This document shows, in pieces, positions 46,212 through 55,290 of a stretch of 64,000 nt of DNA. The notes under the pieces are model-generated. The model was given only the letters and a program-made list of their open reading frames with translations, searched no databases and had not been told where the DNA came from. Both the position numbers and the translations under genes were made by a program. The stretch spans positions 145,328-209,327 of the forward strand of contig CAYWOR010000001.1 of NCBI GenBank assembly GCA_964459995.1, in the 5' to 3' direction. This stretch comes from an uncultured bacterium. GTDB taxonomy: Bacteria; UBP14; UBA6098. Each line of letters opens with the position of its first letter. The first letter of the stretch is position 1.

Positions 46212-46882
46212 CTCATAGTCACCGATGCTATTAATCCAAGTCCGAGCGCTAATGCCCAGTTAATGGGAGTATGCCCCGGCTTGTTGCCTTTTGCCCAAAA
46301 GACTATTCTTGGGACTATCATCAATCCGGCCAATAAGAACCATCCCTGGGCGACTCCAGCCACGAAAAGTCCGAGTCTCTCGAGCATCCCAAGTTTGTTT
46401 TTTGACGCGCCCATTCCGGTATTTGGCAGAACATCGACGCCAGTGAACTCGGCGTGGCCTAAGTTAACAAATATCGGCACCGCCCAAACCGCCAGAACGC
46501 CGAGCGCGATGGGCAGATTCGCCGGTTCGTAAATCATCGGGCGAAAACGAAGAAGATAGGCGGCGAATATCAAACTCGAGATATGCAACATCTGATCAGC
46601 CAGAAAAAGTGAGAGCGTATCTCTGCCTATCTTCCTCGTCAACGCGGACTTTCCCCAGTCGAGAAGACCATGGAATACAGTCAGCCCCGCTAAGACCATA
46701 GGAAGCTCGTAAAACCGCCCGATATATTGGCGGCACATCACTGTCGCCGTCAATCCAAAGAGGACGGCGTGAATTATAAGCCCGCCCGCCTTGCGTTTTG
46801 CCGCGATAAGATAATCGGGCTGAAGCGGAAAATCCGCTATCACATGTGCGAGCAGAAGCCTCCATAGAAGCGAGGCGTTCAC
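46208..46882 (-). CDS. DUF3307 family membrane protein
   Basis: LLAHVIADFPLQ...H...HGLLDWGK...FLADQMLH...GMLER. Confidence 0.85.
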   Translation of the reverse strand: MNASLLWRLLLAHVIADFPLQPDYLIAAKRKAGGLIIHAVLFGLTATVMCRQYIGRFYELPMVLAGLTVFHGLLDWGKSALTRKIGRDTLSLFLADQMLHISSLIFAAYLLRFRPMIYEPANLPIALGVLAVWAVPIFVNLGHAEFTGVDVLPNTGMGASKNKLGMLERLGLFVAGVAQGWFLLAGLMIVPRIVFWAKGNKPGHTPINWALALGLGLIASVTMR

Positions 46883-46889
46883 GAATTCA

Positions 46890-47333
46890 TCAGGCGCCGA
46901 CTACCCAGACTCTAATCTGCGGCTTGACTTCGGCGTGTAGTTTTATTTCGACATTATAGACGCCCAGCTGTTTGATAGGCTCTTCCAGCTGAATCGTCTT
47001 TCTCTCGATATTAAACCCTTTGGCTCGAAGGGCATCCAGTATCATATGCTGAGTAACAGCGCCGTAGATTTTGTCGTCTTCGCCAACCTGAACTGGGATA
47101 TCGATGCTGAGGCCTTCGAGGCTCTCGGCGAGAGTTGCAAGATTTCTCTTGCGACGTTCTTCGCGGTTGGCTTTGGCGGATTTTATCTGTTCCACACGCG
47201 CCATATTTTCACGTGTTGCGGCAACGGCGAGTTTTTTTGGGATTAGAAAATTTCGTGCGTATCCGTCTTTCACCTCGACAATTTCGCCGGCAGGACCCAG
47301 ATTAACGATGTCTTCGGTAAGAATGATTTTCAT
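46890..47333 (-). CDS. rplI: 50S ribosomal protein L9
   Basis: MKIIL...LGPAGEIVEVKDGYARNFLIP. Confidence 0.97.
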   Translation of the reverse strand: MKIILTEDIVNLGPAGEIVEVKDGYARNFLIPKKLAVAATRENMARVEQIKSAKANREERRKRNLATLAESLEGLSIDIPVQVGEDDKIYGAVTQHMILDALRAKGFNIERKTIQLEEPIKQLGVYNVEIKLHAEVKPQIRVWVVGA

Positions 47334-47345
47334 CGTAATACCCTC

Positions 47346-47606
47346 CTACCTGTAAATTTCGACGGTGAAAGGAACCAGAGCGATGAAACGTGCCCGTTTG
47401 ATTTCTTTCGCGATGCGTCTTTGGTGTTTGTTGCAGGTTCCGCTGATTCTTTTGGCTACGATTTTTCCGCGATCCGATAAATACTTTTTCATCAGCTCGA
47501 CATTTTTGTAGTCGATAGGGACCTGAGGATTATCGCAGAAGTAGCAGAACCTCTTCTTACCGAAGCGGTGGAATCTCCGCTTACTAACCTTCCGTTGTTG
47601 TGCCAC
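47346..47606 (-). CDS. rpsR: 30S ribosomal protein S18 (zinc-ligand form)
   Basis: CYFC...IDYKN...RGKI...SGTCNKHQR...IKRAR. GTG start after AAGGAGG, inside the 3' end of rpsF. Confidence 0.96.
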   Translation of the reverse strand: MAQQRKVSKRRFHRFGKKRFCYFCDNPQVPIDYKNVELMKKYLSDRGKIVAKRISGTCNKHQRRIAKEIKRARFIALVPFTVEIYR

Positions 47607-47934
47607 TTTGCACCTCCTTGCCTTTGCGTTCCGGCATGTATTCATTAACAAGGATCATATGCCGGATGACATCTTCGCGTAGCCGAATAGCGTCGCGGAG
47701 TTTGTGTGGGGTTTCGCGGGGGGCGTCGAAATAGTAGAAGACGTAATACCCGCTCTTTTTTTTCTTGATTGGATAAGCGAAATCGCGCATTCCCCAAACA
47801 TCGGTGAGGACGATCTCGCCGCCGTGTGTAGCGACAAGCTTCTCGACATCTGCGACATGATTACGAATATCCGAATCCGCAATGTCGGCCGAGAAGATGG
47901 TCGCCATCTCGTAGGTCCTTTTTGGTTTTTCCAT
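47584..47934 (-). CDS. rpsF: 30S ribosomal protein S6
   Basis: YEMATI...WGMRDFAYPIKK...GYY...VIRHMI. Confidence 0.95.
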   Translation of the reverse strand: MEKPKRTYEMATIFSADIADSDIRNHVADVEKLVATHGGEIVLTDVWGMRDFAYPIKKKKSGYYVFYYFDAPRETPHKLRDAIRLREDVIRHMILVNEYMPERKGKEVQSGTTTEG

Positions 47935-47935
47935 A

Positions 47936-47990
47936 GTTCCTCCTTTTGAACTTGGACCGCATTATGCGGGGCATGGGGAGGTCCATGCCG
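47936..47990 (-). ncRNA. Probable S6:S18 ribosomal protein leader
   Basis: Minus strand CCUCC-CCAUGC-CCCGCAUAAUGCGG-UCCA-AGUUCAAAA-GGAGG: anti-SD/SD outer helix, inner hairpin, and GC and CCR in the internal loop. Confidence 0.7.
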
Positions 47991-48018
47991 TTCTTTGTGT
48001 TGAATTTACAAACTTCAC

Positions 48019-48046
48019 AATATAATATAGAGTTCCAATTTTGCAA
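48019..48046 (-). promoter_or_regulatory. Putative sigma70 promoter of the rpsF operon
   Basis: TTGCAA-16-TATATT on the minus strand. Confidence 0.5.
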
Positions 48047-48307
48047 CCTTTTTCCCCGAAAAAAATAGCCCTACAGAAAATTTTTCTTAATAGAGCTACA
48101 TACAGGCTATTTTGCGTCGATTCTGTTTTGAAAAAGATCAGGAGCGAACACAACATATTGGGAGCTATTTTTTGTTTTTTTACGAAAAGTTTCGCGGTCG
48201 ATGCAAATGTTTAGTGCGTTACCAAGTGCTCGAATCGAAACGCAGTTCGGTTTTATGGGAAATCCACGCTAAAGTTGTCGATCCGGAAATAGCTGAATCG
48301 CTAAATC

Positions 48308-50350
48308 TTATTTAATCAGCAAAGGCGCGAGCACGAGGCTGACTACGCTCATGAGTTTTATGAGGATGTTCAGCGAAGGCCCCGATGTGTCTTTGAAGGG
48401 GTCACCGATAGTATCTCCCACGATTGCGGCGTTGTGTGCTTCTGAGCCTTTTCCTCCGCAATGTCCCTGTTCGACATATTTTTTTGCGTTATCCCATGCT
48501 CCACCGGCATTTGCCATGAAAAGCGCTAGCATAACCCCGGAACTTGTCGCGCCCGCCAACATTCCACCGAGAGCTTCTTTGCCAAGCACAAAACCCATTA
48601 CCACCGGCGCCATCACCGCGATAATACCCGGAAGAATCATCTCGCGAAGAGCGGCTCGTGTGGAGATGTCGATACAGCTTCGAATATCGGGATTAGCTGT
48701 TCCTTCTCGAAGACCAGCGATTTCGCGGAATTGCCTGCGAACCTCTTTGACCATTTGGAAAGCCGCGCGCCCGACAGAGCGAAGAGTTAGGCTTGAGATG
48801 AAAAATGGAATCGCGCCGCCGATAAGCACGCCGATAACCACAATCGGCTTTGTGAGGTCGATGGATGTAAGCCCCGCCGATACCGAATAGGCGGAGAACA
48901 GCGCAAGCGCTGTCAGTGCGGCGCTTCCGATTGCAAAACCTTTGCCCATGGCGGCGGTTGTGTTTCCGAGGGCGTCGAGGCTGTCGGTAATTTTGCGAAC
49001 ATCCTCGCCAAGCCCCGCCATTTCAGTGATTCCGCCGGCATTATCCGCGATTGGACCGTAGGCGTCAACACTCATGGTGATGCCCACCGTGGCAAGCATG
49101 CCCACAGCCGCGATGCCTATGCCATAAAGACCTGACAGGAAATAGCTGACATAAATTGCAATTGCGATAGCAATTATCGGAAGTGCTGTCGATTCCATGC
49201 CGACCGCGAGCCCAGTGATGACATTTGTTGCGGGGCCGGTTTCGCTGGATTTAGCTATCTGTCTGATTGGGGCTTTGCTCGTATAATACTCGGCGATAAT
49301 TCCAATCGCCATGCCCGCAACAGTTCCCACCAGCATCGACCAGAAAACATTTGGGTGAAGCCCGAAGGAGCGGACGGCAATAAAAGCGCCGACGAAAAGC
49401 AGAAGATTAGCGAGATAGTTGCTCCATCGCAAAGCTCCTGCCGGCGAGGTTTTCTCGATCACTCGCAGGAAAATTATACCAATAAGACTTCCGATAAGCC
49501 CGATTGCCGCGACAGTGATTGGGAAAGCCATATACGCAAGACGGTCGAGGCCGATAAGGCTCATAACAACGTTGCTTCCGCTTAATCCAGAGATTATCGG
49601 CATCGAGGCGGTCGCCGCAATGGAGATTGTCGCGATTATCGCTCCGACATAGCTCTCGAAAATATCCGCGCCCATTCCTGCGACATCACCGACATTATCG
49701 CCGACATTATCCGCGATAGTCGCAGGGTTACGATGGTCGTCTTCGGGAATGTTTTCTTCGAGTTTTCCGACGAGGTCAGCGCCAACATCGGCGGTTTTCG
49801 TGTATATCCCACCGCCGACCCTTGCGAATAGCGCTATCGAGCTTGCCCCCATCGCGAAGCCGTTGATTATGACGGATGTAGTCGGATTTTTACCGAAGAA
49901 CATAAACAGAATTCCGACTCCCAGAAGTCCCAGTGCCGCTACTGAAAGCCCCATTACACTTCCGCCGAAGAAGGCGATTCTCAGCGCCATGCCCTGGCCT
50001 TTGGTTTTGGCCGCCCAGCTTGTGCGGACATTGGCTCGTGTTGCCGAGGTCATGCCGAACCAACCGGCGAGGATACTGCATATCGCCCCTGCGAGGAATG
50101 AAATGGCGGTGTAAATCCCCAATTTCGGCACAGATGAACTTTTTAGTAGGAAGGCAAGCAAAAGGAAGATTATGACAACAAAAATCGCGAGCACGGAATA
50201 CTCGCGTTTGAGGAATACAATCGCGCCTTCATAAATCTGGTCTGAGATAATGTTCATCCGCTCGTTGCCGTTGGGTTGTTTCTTTACGTAGATATAAATT
50301 AGTGCGGCAACGATTAACCCGATAATTCCAATTATTGGTGCATGCAACAT
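48308..50350 (-). CDS. hppA: Membrane-bound K+-dependent (probably Na+-translocating) pyrophosphatase
   Basis: [48 protein letters not shown] (Ala at the K+-dependence determinant), [14 protein letters not shown]. Confidence 0.95.
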   Translation of the reverse strand: MLHAPIIGIIGLIVAALIYIYVKKQPNGNERMNIISDQIYEGAIVFLKREYSVLAIFVVIIFLLLAFLLKSSSVPKLGIYTAISFLAGAICSILAGWFGMTSATRANVRTSWAAKTKGQGMALRIAFFGGSVMGLSVAALGLLGVGILFMFFGKNPTTSVIINGFAMGASSIALFARVGGGIYTKTADVGADLVGKLEENIPEDDHRNPATIADNVGDNVGDVAGMGADIFESYVGAIIATISIAATASMPIISGLSGSNVVMSLIGLDRLAYMAFPITVAAIGLIGSLIGIIFLRVIEKTSPAGALRWSNYLANLLLFVGAFIAVRSFGLHPNVFWSMLVGTVAGMAIGIIAEYYTSKAPIRQIAKSSETGPATNVITGLAVGMESTALPIIAIAIAIYVSYFLSGLYGIGIAAVGMLATVGITMSVDAYGPIADNAGGITEMAGLGEDVRKITDSLDALGNTTAAMGKGFAIGSAALTALALFSAYSVSAGLTSIDLTKPIVVIGVLIGGAIPFFISSLTLRSVGRAAFQMVKEVRRQFREIAGLREGTANPDIRSCIDISTRAALREMILPGIIAVMAPVVMGFVLGKEALGGMLAGATSSGVMLALFMANAGGAWDNAKKYVEQGHCGGKGSEAHNAAIVGDTIGDPFKDTSGPSLNILIKLMSVVSLVLAPLLIK

Positions 50351-50970
50351 TATTCCTCCGTAGTAGGGCCATAGCCCTTTGATCCATTAGCTTCTTCGTC
50401 TTTTTTTCGATTGTGGACATTCATAGCACGGTCGATGCCATCTCGGACGGCGATTTCGACAGCGCTCATGCAGTCCGCGAGAACATTTGGAAGGTCTTTT
50501 CTTTCCTCCGGCGAGAATCGAGAGAGCACAAAATCCGCCGGGTCGATACCTGCGGGTGGTTCTCCGATTCCGACTCGAAGGCGCGGGATGTCCTTTGTCC
50601 CGAGGCGGTCGATGATGTCGGTTAGGCCGTTGTGGCTCCCTGCGGAACCGGATTTTCGGATTCTCAGCCAGCCAAAGGGCAGGTCGAAATCATCCAGCAC
50701 AACGAGAATCTCCTCCGGACGAAGCCCTTCCTGTTCGACAATTCGCCTTACCGCGATTCCAGAACGGTTCATATAGGTCGTGGGCACTGCCAGCAGGACA
50801 ACATCGCCCTTTATGTTCGCTTTTCCAAGATAAAAAGACCCTTTACCGAGCTTGAGTTTTGCCCGATACCTTTCGCCCAACCCCTCTATCACCATGAATC
50901 CAATATTATGGCGGGTTTCGGCGTATTCACTCCCCGGATTGCCGAGGCCGATTACACATCGAATAGGCAC
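50350..50970 (-). CDS. pth: Peptidyl-tRNA hydrolase
   Basis: IGLGNPG...TRHNIGF, TYMNRSG, GSHNGL, RLRVGIG, FVL. GTG start. Confidence 0.96.
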   Translation of the reverse strand: MPIRCVIGLGNPGSEYAETRHNIGFMVIEGLGERYRAKLKLGKGSFYLGKANIKGDVVLLAVPTTYMNRSGIAVRRIVEQEGLRPEEILVVLDDFDLPFGWLRIRKSGSAGSHNGLTDIIDRLGTKDIPRLRVGIGEPPAGIDPADFVLSRFSPEERKDLPNVLADCMSAVEIAVRDGIDRAMNVHNRKKDEEANGSKGYGPTTEE

Positions 50971-51037
50971 AGCGGTTTTAATAAAAAAATGATGTGTCTT
51001 TTGTCAAGTTAAAACCTAACAGTCGAAAAGTTTAGTC

Positions 51038-51068
51038 AAAATTAGAGCCGGCCCTAAGACCGGCTCCA
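51038..51068 (-). terminator. Probable terminator
   Basis: Minus strand GGAGCCGGTC-TTAG-GGCCGGCTCT-AATTTT. Confidence 0.55.
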
Positions 51069-51086
51069 AATGAATAGCCCTATACC

Positions 51087-54000
51087 TTATTTTATAAGGA
51101 CGAGTCGTGACTGAGTTTGCCTTCCGCCACATTTGAGCACGGCGAAATAAACGCCGCTCGGCATCTCGACCAAATCGGAGGACATGCCGTCCCAAACAGC
51201 GCTGAATTTCCCCGCCGAAACAATTTCGTCGGCGAGATTCACGATATGTCTGCCGTTGATATCGTAGATATCGAGCTTGATTTTGCCGGGCATATCGATG
51301 TCCAGTGTGAGTTTACAGCTCGAGTTGAAGGGGTTCGGCGACACATGAAGCGCGATTTCGTTTGGAAGCTCAGCGCCTTTTTCCTCTACAATCGGCGGGT
51401 TTGGCGGATTGTAGCTCTCATCGAGAAGGAAATTCACGATTGCGGTAAGCACGTGCATTCTCGTCGAAGGCGAAGAGGGGGAATTCGAATCGATCATCGA
51501 GCCGATATAGACGCTTGACAACACGGTGCGATAGTTGTGCAACCTGCGATAAACCATGCGCAACGGGCTGGAAATCGGCGGCGGGCTGTCCTGAGAGAAC
51601 ATTGCCCAGTTGGTGCCCTCGATGCTCGTGTCGTTGTCCCACTCATCGATTCTGTGATCGGCGGCGCTCATATAGTGGTATTCCATGTCGATAGCGCCGG
51701 TTCTGAAGAAAGAGGTATCCTCGCCGCGAATCCGCGAAACGTTGCCACTCGATGCGGGATAGCCATCCTCCACGAACGCCGCGCCGAAGAGGTTAAATAA
51801 TCTCCTGCGCTGATCCGAGGCCATCACCGAGCCGAAATCGTAGCCGAAATCAGCGCCCTCGCAATAGACCCTTCCGCCGGCGGCGATATAGGTCGCTAAT
51901 CTGTTGACACTCTGGAAGTTCGGCAATGTGTTGTTGGCATCATCGATGCCATTGACCATAAACACAGCGCGGTATTTGAAGAGGTCGTAGGAGTTGATGT
52001 TCTGATCCTGAGTAGTCTTTATTATTCTAAGGTCGCTGAAGGCGTTCAGATAGTCGTAAAGGAATTGGTCTTCAGGGCTATCTCCGCCATTAGCGAGAAG
52101 AGCGCTGTTATCGAAATCCCAAATGAGTATATCGGGATAGGTCGAATCGGGGTTCATCCAAACCAATACCGGCCCGACTTTTTCGCTTTCGCCGAGGTCA
52201 TACACTGCCGAAACAAGATAGTTATATGGCAGGTAATTCGTTCTGCCCCATTCCACGAAGGCCGAATAGGGGTCAACCACGAACCCAACCAAAGTATCGT
52301 CTGAGAAAACTACTCTGCGGTAAACATTGTAACCCATCAGAGTTCCGGAGCCGGGAGTGGGTGAGTCCCAATCGAGAACAGCACGGTTGGGATAGTTGCC
52401 ATGCCCTGTGAGATTGCGTGGAGGATTAAGCTCGCCGCTGATGAGCGAAAGACGAACATCCAAAGTGTCCTCCGGTTGTTCGAGAGCGAATTCGACATCG
52501 AGGGTAACATAGCTAACTCTCGAGAACCTGACTAGATAGGCATCGTAGGGAATCTCGACGAAATTGTAGCGTCCGCCAGCATTTGTGAAAGCGGGGGGGA
52601 TATCCGTGCCGACAAGCTCGACCATAGTTCCGGCGAGCATCGGTGGATCGCCTTCGAGAGTAACGGTTCCGACGAGATTGCCGATGTTGCGAATCAGGGT
52701 GAAATCTTCGGTATGCTCGAAATCTTCGACGAGGATGTTGCGAGTAACCGTTTGATAGAACCTCTTTGAAACCTCGATTATGTATTCGCCGAATGGGACT
52801 ATCTCGAATATGTATTCGCCGTCGATATCCGCGAAGGTTGTATCGTCGCCGAGAACAATCATCGTGCCCTCCGGCAAGCCGCCGTCTTCGCACTCGATCA
52901 CTCCGGAAACGCTTCCGAAGGCCGGCACGAGATAGGGGTCGTAGATGATATCTTCGTTAATTAGGATATAGGCCGTATCGGAGAGATATCCAACTGCGGA
53001 GGTTATAACCATGCGCTCCGATGTTGAATAGGGTATTTCACAAAGGTTATATTCGCCATCCGCGCCGGAGACGGTTTCTCCAACACCGACAACTTCGATA
53101 ACCGCGCCTTCGACGACGCCGTCATCGGTGAGAACCGTGCCGGAAAGGCAGAAATTCGGCGGCACACCGCGTGAGAAATGAATCAGCAGATTTCCGCCGC
53201 TGATGATGTCGATTCTGTCGGTGGTGCGCATATTCTGCCATGTGGTGTCTTCGGAGATAAGCCATGCGATATGGAAACTACCGTCCTCGGGCAACCCTTC
53301 GGGATTCCAGCTTATCCAGTTCACTCTGCCGCCGAGAGCGCTGATTCTGTTCAGCATTGCCGACCAATGAAGGTCGTATTCGAGCGAAGAGCGGATGTCC
53401 CTCGTGAGTTGGTTCCAGAGCGAATCTGGTGTTGTGAAGAAGCCATAGGGGACATCTCCCGGCACGGGCGGGGGCATCTGCTGGTCGAGGCCGTAGTCGA
53501 AATAGTCCGTGCCGTGCGGATCCGCGCCGAAAAATAGCTTGAAATGGCGAAGCGGTTCGCCGGGTTGGGAGGTCCAAACGATAAGAGAATCCATCCATGT
53601 CGGGGTAAGGAAATAGCCGGTAGTGAAATGCCAGTCATATTCTGTAACATTCGCGGGGTCGGCTAAGTCCGCCACCGTAATACTGCAATCGATTCTCGTC
53701 ATCGGCGGGAAATCATCGGGCGGAGTGTAGTTCACGAAGGTCGTTCCACTGGAGGCCGTAACCACGATGTCGTCGGTAACATCCTCGCCTCTGACCGTGA
53801 GGCTAATCGAGGAGATATCGATACCGCTCTCGGCGTCGGTCATGGCGACCTTTAGGCCGGTGGAAACCGCGACTCCGGTTTCGGAGTGTCCCGGAATCGT
53901 ATAAACAATTCTCGGGGCGGCGGTGTCGCCGGAAAGGCTGACGGTTTTTATCCATACCTGTCTGCCCGGGCCGAAACTGACATGATCGATTTCCCTCATG

Positions 54001-55196
54001 TCCTGCCATTCGTCGTCGGTGGGGTAGAAGGGCGGGAAGGTGTAAGCAACGAAGCACCCTTTATCCGAGGGCAGGCGATGCTCCTCCCATTTCACACCAA
54101 TAACCATATCGACATTCCCGAAATGGATATTCCATAAGTCCATAATCACCGACGCATTGTGAATGTCGCGTGTCAGCATATTATAGAAAGGATAACTCGG
54201 ATCGCTAAGCGGGAAATAGGAATAGAAAGCCGATGGCGGAGCGACCGGGAAAACGATGTCCAATCCCAAATCGAAGCCGTTCGATGCGGAAAGGTCAGCG
54301 CCGAGAGAAATCTGTTTGAAGGTCGTGTCGGTGCCGAGGGTGCTCGTTGTAAATGTAACGAGCGGAACTTCCCAAAGAACTGGCATAATTCCGTAACCGG
54401 TGCGAAAAGCTATTACATCGGTCGTTCTGTTCGCGGGGCTTGCGTTGTCCGAAGCACCGGCAATGACCGAAAACCAAGTTTCGCCTTCCAGAAATACCGG
54501 AGGTTCGTAGATTACTCTGTAACCATTGGCGATGGGGGTTAAGGAGAGCATCTCCGAAACATTCACGCCATTGACGGTGAGAGTAATCGAAGCCGGGTTT
54601 ATTCCGCTTCCGATGTCGGTAACATCGAACCGAATATCAGTGGTAACCGGGACGCCGGTGGTGCCATCGACCGGGTTCCAATTCGAGATGACCGGGTCGT
54701 CGCCGGGAAGGTAGCCATGCGGAATATGGACTATGTCCAGCACCTGCGAAGGCCAGAAAGATACCGTGCTTGTGGTCTTCATGTTTACCCACTCGGTAAC
54801 TTCGAGGCCGAGATAATGCGCGCCGAGGAAGAAATCCCCCGGCGGGAGCAGTTCGCTCGACCACACAGCGTGAAGTGGCGAGTAAAGCGAGTTCAGAACG
54901 GCTCTCCACATGACGCTGTCCTCGCTGTCTTCGCGGATATCGGTAGTAAGCTTATCGATGAATGGGTTCAGCGGGTCGCTGAGCGCGAAGTAGGCGTAGG
55001 GCGGCGACGGCGGAGCGATGGGCATTACGACATCCATATCGTCGTAGCCGTCCAGAGCGGCTGGATTCCTGCCGAAGGTGATGCTTAGCGTATCCGTGTT
55101 CGAGATGAGCCGGATATCCGTCTGCCAAGCCTCGGCCAGAGCGGTTCCCATCAGAATGACTGCAATAGAGCAGACAACAAATAATAATCTTCTCAT
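51087..55196 (-). CDS. Large modular secreted protein (paralog of 7598..12364): 3 GxDGYD modules, 2 Ig-like domains, carboxypeptidase-regulatory-like repeats, Fn3, alpha/beta domain, FlgD/T9SS-type CTD
   Basis: Start MRRLLFVVCSIAVILMGTALA after AGGGGG. C-terminus SPNPFNS...WDG...PSGVYFAVL...RLVLIK. Confidence 0.85.
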   Translation of the reverse strand: MRRLLFVVCSIAVILMGTALAEAWQTDIRLISNTDTLSITFGRNPAALDGYDDMDVVMPIAPPSPPYAYFALSDPLNPFIDKLTTDIREDSEDSVMWRAVLNSLYSPLHAVWSSELLPPGDFFLGAHYLGLEVTEWVNMKTTSTVSFWPSQVLDIVHIPHGYLPGDDPVISNWNPVDGTTGVPVTTDIRFDVTDIGSGINPASITLTVNGVNVSEMLSLTPIANGYRVIYEPPVFLEGETWFSVIAGASDNASPANRTTDVIAFRTGYGIMPVLWEVPLVTFTTSTLGTDTTFKQISLGADLSASNGFDLGLDIVFPVAPPSAFYSYFPLSDPSYPFYNMLTRDIHNASVIMDLWNIHFGNVDMVIGVKWEEHRLPSDKGCFVAYTFPPFYPTDDEWQDMREIDHVSFGPGRQVWIKTVSLSGDTAAPRIVYTIPGHSETGVAVSTGLKVAMTDAESGIDISSISLTVRGEDVTDDIVVTASSGTTFVNYTPPDDFPPMTRIDCSITVADLADPANVTEYDWHFTTGYFLTPTWMDSLIVWTSQPGEPLRHFKLFFGADPHGTDYFDYGLDQQMPPPVPGDVPYGFFTTPDSLWNQLTRDIRSSLEYDLHWSAMLNRISALGGRVNWISWNPEGLPEDGSFHIAWLISEDTTWQNMRTTDRIDIISGGNLLIHFSRGVPPNFCLSGTVLTDDGVVEGAVIEVVGVGETVSGADGEYNLCEIPYSTSERMVITSAVGYLSDTAYILINEDIIYDPYLVPAFGSVSGVIECEDGGLPEGTMIVLGDDTTFADIDGEYIFEIVPFGEYIIEVSKRFYQTVTRNILVEDFEHTEDFTLIRNIGNLVGTVTLEGDPPMLAGTMVELVGTDIPPAFTNAGGRYNFVEIPYDAYLVRFSRVSYVTLDVEFALEQPEDTLDVRLSLISGELNPPRNLTGHGNYPNRAVLDWDSPTPGSGTLMGYNVYRRVVFSDDTLVGFVVDPYSAFVEWGRTNYLPYNYLVSAVYDLGESEKVGPVLVWMNPDSTYPDILIWDFDNSALLANGGDSPEDQFLYDYLNAFSDLRIIKTTQDQNINSYDLFKYRAVFMVNGIDDANNTLPNFQSVNRLATYIAAGGRVYCEGADFGYDFGSVMASDQRRRLFNLFGAAFVEDGYPASSGNVSRIRGEDTSFFRTGAIDMEYHYMSAADHRIDEWDNDTSIEGTNWAMFSQDSPPPISSPLRMVYRRLHNYRTVLSSVYIGSMIDSNSPSSPSTRMHVLTAIVNFLLDESYNPPNPPIVEEKGAELPNEIALHVSPNPFNSSCKLTLDIDMPGKIKLDIYDINGRHIVNLADEIVSAGKFSAVWDGMSSDLVEMPSGVYFAVLKCGGRQTQSRLVLIK

Positions 55197-55248
55197 ATCT
55201 CCCCCTTGAATAGGGCCAAATGAGTGAATGATGAACAACAAAACATTC

Positions 55249-55281
55249 AAAAAAGGGAGCCTTCGTTGGCAAAGGCTCCCT
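55249..55281 (-). terminator. Rho-independent terminator between the two surface-protein genes
   Basis: Minus strand AGGGAGCCTT-TGCCAACG-AAGGCTCCCT-TTTTT. Confidence 0.8.
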
Positions 55282-55290
55282 GAAGAAAGA

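Noticed and set aside
48062-48113. Inverted repeat AAAATAGCC...GGCTATTTT in the hppA-rpsF intergenic region
   Set aside because: The arms are short and AT-rich with a long spacer. There are no target-site duplications or other copies, so it cannot be supported as a MITE or an RNA.
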